Numbered from the stretch's first letter, positions 15,001-61,351 are shown. The stretch: 64,000 nt of DNA from Nemertoderma westbladi (GCA_032718475.1 JAUCBJ010006028.1:19724-83723), one strand, 5' to 3'. Translations and numbers: made by a program. Notes: generated by a model from the letters alone, not told the origin.

Positions 15001-18000
15001 GTATCCAGCTGATGTTTGTTGTTTATGGTCTGTATCCAGCTGATGTTTGTTGTTTATGACCTGTATCCAGCTGATGTTTGTTGTTTATGGTCTGTATCCA
15101 GCTGATGTTTGTTGTTTATGACCTGTATCCAGCTGATGTTTGTTGTTTATGACCTGTATCCAGCTGATGTTTGTTGTTTATGGTCTGTATCCAGCTGATG
15201 TTTGTTGTTTATGACCTGTATCCAGCTGATGTTTGTTGTTTATGGTCTGTATCCAGCTGATGTTTGTTGTTTATGGTCTGTATCCAGCTGATGTTTGTTG
15301 TTTATGGTCTGTATCCAGCTGATGTTTGTTGTTTATGGTCTGTATCCAGCTGATGTTTGTTGTTTATGGTCTGTATCCAGCTGATGTTTGTTGTTTATGG
15401 TCTGTATCCAGCTGATGTTTGTTGTTTATGGTCTGTATCCAGCTGATGTTTGTTGTTTATGACCTGTATCCAGCTGATGTTTGTTGTTTATGGTCTGTAT
15501 CCAGCTGATGTTTGTTGTTTATGGTCTGTATCCAGCTGATGTTTGTTGTTTATGGTATGTATCCAGCTGATGTTTATTGTTTATGACCTGTATCCAGCTG
15601 ATGTTTGTTGTTTATGACCTGTATCCAGCTGATGTTTGTTGTTTATGGTCTGTATCCAGCTGATGTTTGTTGTTTATGACCTGTATCCAGCTGATGTTTG
15701 TTGTTTATGACCTGTATCCAGCTGATGTTTGTTGTTTATGGTCTGTATCCAGCTGATGTTTGTTGTTTATGACCTGTATCCAGCTGATGTTTGTTGTTTA
15801 TGACCTGTATCCATCCAGCTGATGTTTGTTGTTTATGACCTGTATCCAGCTGATGTTTGTTGTTTATGACCTGTATCCAGCTGATGTTTGTTGTTTATGA
15901 CCTGTATCCAGCTGATGTTTGTTGTTTATGACCTGTATCCAGCTGATGTTTGTTGTTTATGGTCTGTATCGAGCTGATGTTTGTTGTTTATGGTCTGTAT
16001 CCAGCTGGTGTTTGTTGTTTATGGTTTGTATCCAGCTGATGTTTGTTGTTTATGGTCTGTATCCAGCTGATGTTTGTTGTTTATGGTCTGTATCCAGCTG
16101 ATGTTTGTTGTTTATGGTCTGTATCCAGCTGATGTTTGTTGTTTATGACCTGTATCCAGCTGATGTTTGTTGTTTAAGACCTGTATCCAGCTGATGTTTG
16201 TTGTTTATGACCTGTATCCAGCTGATGTTTGTTGTTTATGACCTGTATCCAGCTGATGTTTGTTGATTATGGTCTGTATCCAGCTGGTGTTTGTTGTTTA
16301 TGGTTTGTATCCAGCTGATGTTTGTTGTTTATGGTCTGTATCCAGCTGATGTTTGTTGGATATGGTCTGTATCCAGCTGATGTTTGTTGGATATGGTCTA
16401 TATCCAGCTGATGTTTGTTGAATATGGTCTATATCCAGCTAATGTTTGTTGTTTATGGTCTGTATCCAGCTGATGTTTGTTGTTTATAACCTGTATCCAG
16501 CTGATGTTTGTTGATTATGGTCTGTATCCAGCTGGTGTTTGTTGTTTATGGTTTGTATCCAGCTGATGTTTGTTGTTTATGGTCTGTATCCAGCTGATGT
16601 TTGTTGGATATGGTCTGTATCCAGCTGATGTTTGTTGGATATGGTCTATATCCAGCTGATGTTTGTTGTTTATGGTCTGTATCCAGCTGATGTTTGTTGT
16701 TTATGACCTGTATCCAGCTGATGTTTGTTGTTTATGGTCTGTATCCAGCTGATGTTTGTTGTTTATGGTCTGTATCCAACTGATGTTTGTTGTTTATGGT
16801 CTGTATCCAGCTGATGTTTGTTTTTCATGGTCTGTATACAGCTGATGTTTGTTGTTTATGGTCTGTATACAGCTGATGTTTGTTGTTTATGGTCTGTATC
16901 CAGCTGATGTTTGTTGTTTATGGTCTGTATCCAGCTGATGTTTGTTGTTTATGGTCTGTATCCAGCTGATGTTTGTTGTTTATGGTCTGTATCCAGCTGA
17001 TGTTTGTTGTTTGTGGTCTGTATCCAGCTGATGTTTGTTGTTTATGACCTGTATCCAGCTGATGTTTGTTGTTTATGACCTGTATCCAGCTGATGTTTGT
17101 TGTTTATGGTCTGTATCCAGCTGATGTTTGTTGTTTATGGTCTGTATCCAACTGATGTTTGTTGTTTATGGTCTGTATCCAGCTGATGTTTGTTTTTCAT
17201 GGTCTGTATACAGCTGATGTTTGTTGTTTATGGTCTGTATACAGCTGATGTTTGTTGTTTATGGTCTGTATCCAGCTGATGTTTGTTGTTTATGGTCTGT
17301 ATCCAGCTGATGTTTGTTGTTTATGGTCTGTATCCAGCTGATGTTTGTTGTTTATGGTCTGTATAAAGCTGATGTTTGTTGTTTATGGTCGGTATCCAGC
17401 TGATGTTTGTTGTTTATGGTCTGTATCCAGCTGATGTTTGTTGTTTATGACCTGTATCCAGCTGATGTTTGTTGGTTATGGTCTGTATCCAGCTGATGTT
17501 TGTTGTTTATGACCTGTATCCAGCTGATGTTTGTTGTTTATGGTCTGTATCCAGCTGATGTTTGTTGTTTATGGTCTGTATCCAGCTGATGTTTGTTGTT
17601 TATGGTCTTATCCAGCTGATGTTTGTTGTTTATGGTCTGTATCCAGCTGATGTTTGTTGTTTATGGTCTGTATCCAGCTGATGTTTGTTGTTTATGGTCT
17701 GTATCCAGCTGATGTTTGTTGTTTATGGTCTGTATCCAGCTGATGTTTGTTGTTTATGACCTGTATCCAGCTGATGTTTGTTGTTTATGGTCTATATCCA
17801 GCTGATGTTTGTTGTTTATGGTCTGTATCCAGCTGATGTTTGTTGTTTATGACCTGTATCCAGCTGATGTTTGTTGTTTATGGTCTGTATCCAGCTGATG
17901 TTTGTTGTTTATGGTCTGTATCCAGCTGATGTTTGTTTTTCATGGTCTGTATACAGCTGATGTTTGTTGTTTATGGTCTGTATACAGCTGATGTTTGTTG

Positions 18001-20845
18001 TTTATGGTCTGTATCCAGCTGATGTTTGTTGTTTATCATCTGTATCCAGCTGATGTTTGTTGTTTATGGTCTGTATCCAGCTGATGTTTGTTGTTTATGA
18101 CCTGTATCCAGCTGATGTTTGTTGTTTATGGTCTGTATCCAGCTGATGTTTGTTGTTTATGGTCTGTATCCAGCTGATGTTTGTTTTTCATGGTCTGAAT
18201 ACAGCTGATGTTTGTTGTTTATGGTCTGTATACAGCTGATGTTTGTTGTTTATGGTCTGTATCCAGCTGATGTTTGTTGTTTATCATCCGTATCCAGCTG
18301 ATGTTTGTTGTTTATGGTCTGTATCCAGCTGATGTTTGTTGTTTATGACCTGTATCCAGCTGATGTTTGTTGTTTATGGTCTGTATCCAGCTGATGTTTG
18401 TTGTTTATGGTCTGTATCCAGCTGATGTTTGTTGTTTATGACCTGTATCCAGCTGATGTTTGTTGTTTATGGTCTGTATCCAGCTGATGTTTGTTGTTTA
18501 TGGTCTGTATCCAGCTGATGTTTGTTTTTCATGGTCTGTATACAGCTGATGTTTGTTGTTTATGGTCTGTATACAGCTGATGTTTGTTGTTTATGGTCTG
18601 TATCCAGCTGATGTTTGTTGTTTATCATCTGTATCCAGCTGATGTTTGTTGTTTATGGTCTGTATCCAGCTGATGTTTGTTGTTTATGATCTGTATCCAG
18701 CTGATGTTTGTTGTTTATGATCTGTATCCAGCTGATGTTTGTTGTTTATGACCTGTATCCAGCTGATGTTTGTTGTTTATGGTCTGTATCCAGCTGATGT
18801 TTGTTGTTTATGGTCTGTATCCAGCTGATGTTTGTTGTTTATGACCTGTATCCAGCTGATGTTTGTTGTTTATGACCTGTATCCAGCTGATGTTTGTTGT
18901 TTATGGTCTGTATCCAGCTGATGTTTGTTGTTTATGACCTGTATCCAGCTGATGTTTGTTGTTTATGGTCTGTATCCAGCTGATGTTTGTTGTTTATGAC
19001 CTGTATCCAGCTGATGTTTGTTGTTTATGACCTGTATCCAGCTGATGTTTGTTGTTTATGACCTGTATTCAGCTGATGTTTGTTGTTTATGACCTGTATC
19101 CAGCTGATGTTTGTTGTTTATGACCTGTATCCAGCTGATGTTTGTTGTTTATGGTCTGTATACAGTTGATGTTTGTTGTTTATGGTCTGTATCCAACTGA
19201 TGTTTGTTGTTTATGGTCTGTATCCAGCTGATGTTTGTTTTTCATGGTCTGTATACAGCTGATGTTTGTTGTTTATGGTCTGTATACAGCTGATGTTTGT
19301 TGTTTATGGTCTGTATCCAGCTGATGTTTGTTGTTTATCATCTGTATCCAGCTGATGTTTGTTGTTTATGGTCTGTATCCAGCTGATGTTTGTTGTTTAT
19401 GATCTGTATCCAGCTGATGTTTGTTGTTTATGATCTGTATCCAGCTGATGTTTGTTGTTTATGGTCTGTATCCAGCTGATGTTTGTTGTTTATGGTCTGT
19501 ATACAGTTGATGTTTGTTGTTTATGGTCTGTATCCAGCTGATGTTTGTTGTTTATGGTCTGTATCCAGCTGATGTTTGTTGTTTATGGTCTGTATCCAGC
19601 TGATGTTTGTTGTTTATGACCTGTATCCAGCTGATGTTTGTTGTTTATGATCTGTATCCAGCTGATGTTTGTTGTTTATGACCTGTATCCAGCTGATGTT
19701 TGTTGTTTATGGTCTGTATCCAGCTGATGTTTGTTGTTTATGGTCTGTATCCAACTGATGTTTGTTGTTTATGGTCTGTATCCAGCTAATGTTTGTTATT
19801 TATGACCAGTATCCAGCTGATGTTTGTCGTTTATGGTCTGTATCCAGCTGATGTTTGTTGTTTATGGTCTGTATCCAGCTGATGTTTATTGTTTATGGTC
19901 TGTATCCAGCTGATGTTTGTTGTTTATGATCTGTATCCAGCTGATGTTTATTGTTTATGGTCTGTATACAGCTGATGTTTGTTGTTTATGGTCTGTATCC
20001 AGCTAATGTTTGTTATTTATGACCAGTATCCAGCTGATGTTTGTTGTTTATGGTCTGTATCCAGCTGATGTTTGTTGTTTATGGTCTGTATCCAGCTGAT
20101 GTTTGCTGTTTATGGTCTGTATACAGCTGATGTTTGTTGTTTATGGTCTGTATCCAGCTAATGTTTGTTATTTATGACCAGTATCCAGCTGATGTTTGTT
20201 GTTTATGGTCTGTATCCAGCTGATGTTTGTTGTTTATGGTCTGTATCCAGCTGATGTTTCTTGTTTATGACCTGTATCCAGCTGATGTTTGTTGTTTATG
20301 GTCTGTATACAGCTGATGTTTGTTGTTTATGATCTGTATCCAGCTGATGTTTGTTGTTTATGGTCTGTATACAGCTGATGTTTGTTGTTTATTGTCTGTA
20401 TCCAGCTAATGTTTGTTATTTATGACCAGTATCCAGCTGATGTTTGTTGTTTATGGTCTGTATCCAGCTGATGTTTGTTGTTTATGGTCTGTATCCAGCT
20501 GATGTTTCTTGTTTATGACCTGTATCCAGCTGATGTTTGTTGTTTATGGTCTGTATACAGCTGATGTTTGTTGTTTATGGTCTGTATCCAGCTAATGTTT
20601 GTTGTTTATGGTCTGTATCCAGCTGATGTTTGTTGTTTATGGTCTGTATCCAGCTGATGTTTGTTGTTTATGGTCTGTATCCAGCTGATGTTTGTTGTTT
20701 ATGGTCTGTATCCAGCTGATGTTTGTTGTTTATGATCTGTATCCAGCTGATGTTTGTTGTTTATGGTCTGTATCCAGCTGATGTGTGTTGTTTATGGTCT
20801 CTATCCAGCTGATGTTTGTTGTTTATGGTCTGTATCCAGCTGATG
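1..20845. repeat. 31-bp satellite, at least about 670 copies, continuing off the left edge
   Basis: Unit CAGCTGATGTTTGTTGTTTAT(GACC/GGTC)TGTATC; near-perfect up to about 15500, more variable toward 20845. Confidence 0.99.
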
Positions 20846-20914
20846 AATCCTGTTCAATATCAAATAAATTATGATTTCCAATACTTTTCATTGAATCTCT
20901 AAAAACAACCAATC

Positions 20915-22567
20915 TTATTCAGTCATGTCTCGCACGGTACAGTATGTAGAAAGATTATCCGAAACTTGGAAATGCTCCAATTTCTTACATCGTTTCCACA
21001 CGGCGTTGGCCAACGCTTCTCTGATTCCTGTGCTGAGACCATACGCATACGCGAAACGGGTGTTGGCCCCTGGATCATAGAAATACAAGGTGAACGCTAT
21101 AAGGTCATCGAAACGTCCAGAATCGACGACTCCCTTGATGTCGTCCACCATCTTCTTTTCGATTGAGCGTTTATAAAGTGGTGAAGCTAAGTCAATGGAA
21201 AGTTTGGTTAATGAAGGCAGAGATCGTAACGTAGTCATTAGGTTTCGGAAGTTATCCGTAGTTATATGAAGAGAGCGGACTGAACTAATTACATAGTCAG
21301 TGGGATTCTCAATAAGTAGACCATCCTCTAGTTCCAAACTCATTAGGTTAGGGAAGATAAGTCCTATTTCATCAAACCTGACAGGAATAGGTTCATAGGC
21401 TATGTGTTGCACTGCCAATGTCAAAGCAGTGACCTGCGGCAATCGGGCATTTCTAACGGTCGTATTCGAAATAAAGTTAGGGAATTCGGTTGGGATCCAT
21501 ATTAATTCCAATTCAGATAAGTTTGGAAACTTAGTGAATTGATCGAGTAATTGAAGGTCCAGAGGATCATCACATTCCAACTCGATTCTCTTCAATTGAT
21601 CGCCAGAACGATCAACGTCCTGTATGTGGTAATCAGCGATGATGAGTTGAGGTCCGGGATGATGAATGTAAAGAAATCGGAGAGATAAGTTGATTTTGTG
21701 CCCTTTAATCAACTCATCAAAGTGCTCCTTCGAATGAAATGACTCCCTAAGTAGATTAGCCGATTCTGATGTCAGAATCTCTACGTGCGGGAGCGAGCGA
21801 TGTAAGCTGATTATATTGGCATGTGTTAAACCACAACACCACTGAATACCTAACTCCTGCAACCTCTCTAGTCGTTTTAATTTTAATGCAGTATCGATTG
21901 TGATATTGGATTTAGGAATGTGTAGAACAATTAGTTTGTGGCAGTTGTTAACGATACCAGATAGAGCGGCATCTTCAATGTGACTAACCTTTATAGTTGT
22001 GAGCAGAGGAAACTCACTTGTAAAAACAGTGTTCAATATGCCGATATAACGTTGCCTGTAGCTATATAAAACTATTAAGGACCTGATTTCATTGGATATT
22101 CTCGGAAGCCATCGCAATATGATTTTAATCACTTTCAGGTTATCTGGATGAAATTCTTCGTAAAACTCATCGTCTATGATGAGATGAACTGAACCGAAAT
22201 ACTGATCGAGATAAAGATCTCTGTAGGTGTCCATAAGATCGCCCAACAATGGTTCCTGTTGCGGTACACCAGTACGTGGCAATTCCTTGTACTTCAACTG
22301 CAACTGTTTAAATGCCATAACAAATGCGTGTAGAATGAATTTTCGTAGCTCAATGAGTAATTTTTTTGGCAGTTTATCCAGCCATTCACAGAGAACGCTA
22401 CAATGATCATTGTGTTGGTAACCAATCGCGTGGCATTCCCATCTCCGAGATTCTGCGTTTACTATTCCCCTAACTAAAGCCTTGATTACATTGACCACCC
22501 CGACTTCTTTTAACGATAATAGTCTACAGTTATTGTTAAGAATTACAATAGGTATTTTATCCATCAT
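20915..22567 (-). CDS. Single-exon 550 aa protein with leucine-rich-repeat-like (RNI/F-box-LRR-like) segments
   Basis: Long non-repetitive ORF with recurring FPxLxxLxL segments (FPLLTTIKV, CHKLIVLHI, LERLQELGI, FPNLSELEL, FPNLMSLEL, LPSLTKLSI). No clear F-box recognised. Confidence 0.7.
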   Translation of the reverse strand: MMDKIPIVILNNNCRLLSLKEVGVVNVIKALVRGIVNAESRRWECHAIGYQHNDHCSVLCEWLDKLPKKLLIELRKFILHAFVMAFKQLQLKYKELPRTGVPQQEPLLGDLMDTYRDLYLDQYFGSVHLIIDDEFYEEFHPDNLKVIKIILRWLPRISNEIRSLIVLYSYRQRYIGILNTVFTSEFPLLTTIKVSHIEDAALSGIVNNCHKLIVLHIPKSNITIDTALKLKRLERLQELGIQWCCGLTHANIISLHRSLPHVEILTSESANLLRESFHSKEHFDELIKGHKINLSLRFLYIHHPGPQLIIADYHIQDVDRSGDQLKRIELECDDPLDLQLLDQFTKFPNLSELELIWIPTEFPNFISNTTVRNARLPQVTALTLAVQHIAYEPIPVRFDEIGLIFPNLMSLELEDGLLIENPTDYVISSVRSLHITTDNFRNLMTTLRSLPSLTKLSIDLASPLYKRSIEKKMVDDIKGVVDSGRFDDLIAFTLYFYDPGANTRFAYAYGLSTGIREALANAVWKRCKKLEHFQVSDNLSTYCTVRDMTE

Positions 22568-23404
22568 TCTTTATCTCAATAGACTTGATATATTAATAAG
22601 ATATTTTATAATTTTATGATTTAATTTGCAAATATTTGTTCTAGAATGGTTTCGCCACGGGACTGCAAAAAATATATAAAATATTTTTCTTCAAAAATGT
22701 CGGTATGACAACTCCGCGCGCCGTTAGAGCAGATTGTTTACCATAACCCACTATAATTCATGCAATACGCACAGCAATTAGATTAGAATCCATTTGAATA
22801 ACCCACGACGCGAATGCCGCTTCTCTATTAGTAACACGCTAATTTACTTGATTGACAGCAATGTCGAGTGGGCTATGGCAGATAATGGCTTGGAGGGGAC
22901 TGATACAATACACTTATGTTAGATGAAAATTGAGTGTAAAATATAAAAGTAGTAGGGATTTTTGCGAGGAAAAAAGTGTCAATATCGACAAACCGAGAAA
23001 AATGTTGTTTTATACAGAGAATCCTGAATATCAGCCATAATTTCTTTATTACACAAATATTATGTGCATTTTTGGACTCTGTCCTTGGAGTAATATTTCT
23101 TTCATTTTTCATATTTAACCGATGAAAATATTTAAAATTGCAAAAATTGTCGATAAAAATTCAATAATTTTTTTCATATAAAAAATTTTGAAGTATCAAA
23201 TTTTGAATGGTGCTTTTTTGTCACGAAAAGTCACCACATTTCAGCCCTTCTATCAAAGTATAAAAATATATGAAAAAAATTGAAAATTATATAAATTTAA
23301 TTTCTCTTTCATTAGGCATTAGGGGCAATGGTCACCTTAAAAGAAAATAATGAATTAAATTCTCAACTGAAAGTTTATCTGGACTTCGTTGTTTTATCCT
23401 ATAG

Positions 23405-57249
<33,845 letters not shown>

Positions 57250-57605
57250 GTTGGTTCAGCAGTTCTATTGTAGTCTAACTTGTAATTCCTAAACCACAAG
57301 AAGAGCTGACAAATATGTATCTATTCGGCTGTCGTATATTCTTCGGAAACCCCATTCACAATAGAAAGCATCCTTAACACCTTAACCAAATCTTACAATA
57401 CATTCATTATCCATCCATCTGTCGGATTCAAATGCAAGGTTCGACAAGTTACTTTGTACTTGTTAGATGTGAGAGACTCTCTGGTGACGCTTTACCAATT
57501 ACCACGCGTGATATAACTGGAATATCAATCTCTAAATAATTAAGTTGAACATTTTGAAGAGGTTTAAGCAAAATAATAGTTTTATGATCCTACTTCGTAA
57601 TATAA

Positions 57606-59684
57606 TGGGTGGTTTGAATAAAAACAAGTATATACTTATACTCAAGTAGGTACTCCAAAAAAGTTAAATTGGTTTGAATAAAACAAGTAAAGTATACAAG
57701 AAAAGTATACGAGTAAAGTATACGAGTAAAGTATACGAGTAAAGGTTAGAGTAAAGTATTGAGTAAAGTATTGAGTAGAGTTGGTTTGAATAAAAGAAGT
57801 ATATACTTCAAAAATAGCAAGGTAGGTCAAGAGGTTGCTTGAAAGGAATACTTCATGTTGGATTTATCCATTCAATCGGTTGTAGCCTGGTTACAGGAAT
57901 TCCAGAATTTTTATAGCTTTTCGAATTAACACTTGCTTACCAGTGGTATAGTAATTAGGAACAGCCTGCTGCTACTATTGCCTGGATCAACCATTTTCAG
58001 TGTGTATTTGAAATATTTAAATATTTAAAATACATTATCAACTAAAAAAAGTACTAAAGAACTACGATGGTACTATATATGGCCATACAACATGTTTCCG
58101 TTTATACTTTTACTACATACATTCCATTAGTTCTCGCTATTTTGATTGTGGAAAACTACATTCACTATGTTTGAAACAGGTCATATTAGCACCAATGTAA
58201 TTTGATATTAGTATAGCATGGCACATGGCTGCATGGGTACCAAAATTTTGAATTTTATTTATACTCGTGTTATATATGTTTTGGTAGTATTTTTTATGGT
58301 AGTTAGTGTTATTTACTGCCTACTGTAATACACCTATTTTTGAAATAATTATTTGTTACAGTAGTACTGTAGCTAGTGTTTTTATGGAGCAAGTTATTTT
58401 TTTACTACTTAGTAATAGTACAGTACGTATTTATGTTTAAAACTGATTATTTTTTAATTTTTGTATGTATACTGTATGTGTTTTTGGTTTGTTAACAAGC
58501 CTCTATTGTTGCTGGGTTAACTAGCCTAAATTATTTTCGTAGAGTAATGTAATGGATCTCATTCAGGAAACTTAAACTAAACTTCAGAAAAATTAAACAA
58601 TTATTTACATAAAATAAAACTTTTTTTTTTATAGCTAACATAAAAAATTACTATCTACCACAAAAATATTTACTAGCTACCATAGTATCGTGGGAGAAGT
58701 TCCAACTATATTCTAGAACACTATGATATACAACCAAAACACATATAAAAAGAGTATAAGCAAAATTCAAAATTTTGATACCCATGCTATGTGGGGGGGG
58801 GGGGGGGGGGGTGTTACAGTATTATGTGGCACAGAATTAGCTACTGCACAGGTACTAGTACGATATTTTTCACCATTTTAATGGACATTTAACATAGTTA
58901 TGTAAGCGACGTTTATAAATTTTTTATGAATATGATCGGCTTGTACTAAATCTTTGATAGCCGATGTATTTTTAAGGTAGCTAGTGTTTTTTAATGGTAG
59001 CTAGTGTTTTAAAAATTTTCATTATAAAGCTATTTTACTAATTTTTAGTTTAGTTGTTATTTCATCATGTATTATACTATATTGTTATTCCATTTTGTAT
59101 TACACTATTTGGCATATTATTTTAAAAGTACAAGCTAACATTTAAATACAAGCTACCATGAAAAAACAAAAAGTAAAAAAAATGTTAAAAGAAACTAAAT
59201 TTATTTTAAAAAAATTTACGAATAATATAGCTATTTTTTGAGATAAACAAGCTACCATAAATTTCACTAGCTAACACTAATAACTATAGCTACCACACAA
59301 TTTTATACTTCCTTTAGGAGTGTACGTACATTCCACGCCACACCGGTACCGATTCTGAAGAACTGAAAGGAAATTTACAGGCGATTAGTTATTACAAAGA
59401 AAACAAATTTAGCCTATGTATATTTGTTTATGGCGTTTACATAGCAACAGCAACAATATTGTGCCATCAGCCAATTACAAGCTTTTCGTTTAATAGGCGA
59501 ACTGTGATTGGTTTGCTAGCACAAGTAAAGTATAGAGTAAAGAGTATGCGCATAAGTATTGTTTTATTCAAGCCATCAACTAAACTTTACTCAATACTTC
59601 CCCTTAAAACTTTACTCTTTACTTATCCATGAAGTATATACTTTAGAGATTAGAGTACATACTTGTTTTTATTCAAACCACCCA
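57606..59684. mobile_element. Non-autonomous TIR DNA transposon, PIF/Harbinger-like
   Basis: About 30-bp TIR TGGGTGGTTTGAATAAAAACAAGTAT at 57606 and its reverse complement ending at 59684, with TAA on both sides. Subterminal GGTTTGAATAAAA copies; no transposase ORF. Confidence 0.8.
58230..58788. mobile_element. Internal fold-back/MITE-like segment with about 55-bp imperfect inverted repeats
   Basis: GCATGGGTACCAAAATTTTGAATTTT...ATATGTTTTGGT at about 58231-58285 pairs with ACCAAAACACATAT...AAAATTCAAAATTTTGATACCCATGC at about 58732-58787. Confidence 0.6.
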
Positions 59685-59935
59685 TAATGTTTGCGAATTA
59701 TAATAACAAAAAATTTATAATAACAATACTGGCAATCAAATATATTAATTCAGTGCAAAGGATTGGGCATGCATATAATATTATCTATGAGATTATACAG
59801 TTTAATATGGAAATAGTTCGGTGGCGAAATGATTAATTCATCATCCCAAATGATAATTAATTAATTAGTTCATTTCAGATTTAGCAAAACTGCACTTTAT
59901 TTCACGGTAAAAAAAATACATTTAGAAAGTACTTG

Positions 59936-61351
59936 TTACAATTCCAGTTCGTTTGATGAGATTAGTTTCACATGCAACAAGGAATCGTTCCCCTCTGTGT
60001 CGATGTTATCCAACTCGAGACGCGATTGTTCAACCATTAGTTTACCAATCACCGGTTTCAGGTTCTCGATTTCGCATTGCAGTTTATATAAACTCGCGAT
60101 ATCGTTGTTAATTCTCGCCGTTTTCATCTGGGCCTCGAACTCCATCTGTTTGCTGGAGAGTTCCGCGATTCTCTCCCCTATTTCTTCCAGACGTCGCTCT
60201 ATATCTTCTTTCGACATCTCCCCGGTTTCCTCAACTCTCTCGGTCGTCTCTCCGCCTCCGTACTCGCTCGAATCCAACCCGACTTCCAGTTTGATCCGCT
60301 TCTCCGCGTGCGCTTGCGCCCTCGATCTACCGCTGCTGTACTGGTAACCCGCGTTACGGATCACCTGTCTAGCCAACGGGAACAGACTATCCCTCTTCGC
60401 GATGAGTATGGGGTTGATGTGGCAGAGGATGGCGGCGGCCTCGTTGATGGTTGCCTCGTGTTTGCTGAGCTGCCGACCCGGCTTCCTTTTGCTATCGAAC
60501 CTCCCGTAGATGGCGCTGTACCGCCGTAACAACTCCCAGTACTGCTCGCTGTTCGTGTCCATCGCCAATAACAACTCAACGTCCTTCGAGAAACGCTTTA
60601 ACGGCCCTGCCGTTCGAACTTCGCTCCAATCACCTTTGATTCTGTTGCTTAGCAACGCTCGAGCGCACTCGTGCATCGATTGGAGGAATTCATCGTCCAT
60701 TTGGACTATCGCGAGAGGCGGTGGCGTAACAGATGTGTCTGTGAGACTCGGTGATGAGTGATCGGAATCTGTTGTTGCGACTTTTATTTCAGATGTAGAG
60801 GCAATGACGTCATTGGATGTTGATTCCTTCTCCACGGCGATTAAAAGGTCAGGCGAGATAGCGGGACGATTTGGGGTCATCTTACTCATCATCAAGGCGG
60901 TCCCGGTGGCTAATCGGGGTCGGGTGGTTGTGGTGAATCCGGGTTGGCTTGTTGTGGAGGCTGTCTGGGGGGCGGTGGGCACTGGGCGAGAGGTGGGCGC
61001 CCCAGGGAGTAGCAACCGAGGCGCTGTGGGTTGATCGGGGCCCGGATGGAGGTTGGCGTTGACGGATCGAGGAAGGGCCGCGTTGAGGAACACCGAGGGG
61101 TTGGTCACCCACTCCTGCAACGCTTTCTGTAGACGCCGCACGTGTAGCGGTTTGGATGCCATGCCAACCAGCGCCATGATCTCTAGAAACTCTTCCTCAC
61201 CGGCCTCGCAGAGTTGTGTGACGTCATCGCCTCCTTGTTGGATGAAGACGTCGTAATAACCGAGGAGGTTTGCACGCTGGAGGACTTTAAACAGCTGCCA
61301 CTCGGAGAGACTGTGCGGGTAACTACATGTAACAGGTGGTTGACCCGACAT
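59936..61351 (-). CDS. NAB: NGFI-A-binding protein (NAB/mab-10 family EGR co-regulator), intronless coding sequence
   Basis: NCD1 (LQRANLLGYYDVFIQQGGDDVTQLCEAGEEEFLEIMALVGMASKPLHVRRLQKALQEW) and NCD2 (YSAIYGRFDSKRK...INEAAA...LFPLARQV). First ATG is at 61351; the ORF track starts at an upstream TTG. Confidence 0.95.
   Translation of the reverse strand: MSGQPPVTCSYPHSLSEWQLFKVLQRANLLGYYDVFIQQGGDDVTQLCEAGEEEFLEIMALVGMASKPLHVRRLQKALQEWVTNPSVFLNAALPRSVNANLHPGPDQPTAPRLLLPGAPTSRPVPTAPQTASTTSQPGFTTTTRPRLATGTALMMSKMTPNRPAISPDLLIAVEKESTSNDVIASTSEIKVATTDSDHSSPSLTDTSVTPPPLAIVQMDDEFLQSMHECARALLSNRIKGDWSEVRTAGPLKRFSKDVELLLAMDTNSEQYWELLRRYSAIYGRFDSKRKPGRQLSKHEATINEAAAILCHINPILIAKRDSLFPLARQVIRNAGYQYSSGRSRAQAHAEKRIKLEVGLDSSEYGGGETTERVEETGEMSKEDIERRLEEIGERIAELSSKQMEFEAQMKTARINNDIASLYKLQCEIENLKPVIGKLMVEQSRLELDNIDTEGNDSLLHVKLISSNELEL

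Noticed and set aside
15919-16101. 60 aa ORF in the 31-bp satellite
   Set aside because: A chance TGA-to-TGG variant in one repeat unit.
1-20845. E-box CAGCTG and nuclear-receptor half-site TGACCT in the satellite units as a regulatory array
   Set aside because: Six-base motifs occur easily by chance in a 31-bp unit, and there is no evidence of binding from sequence alone.
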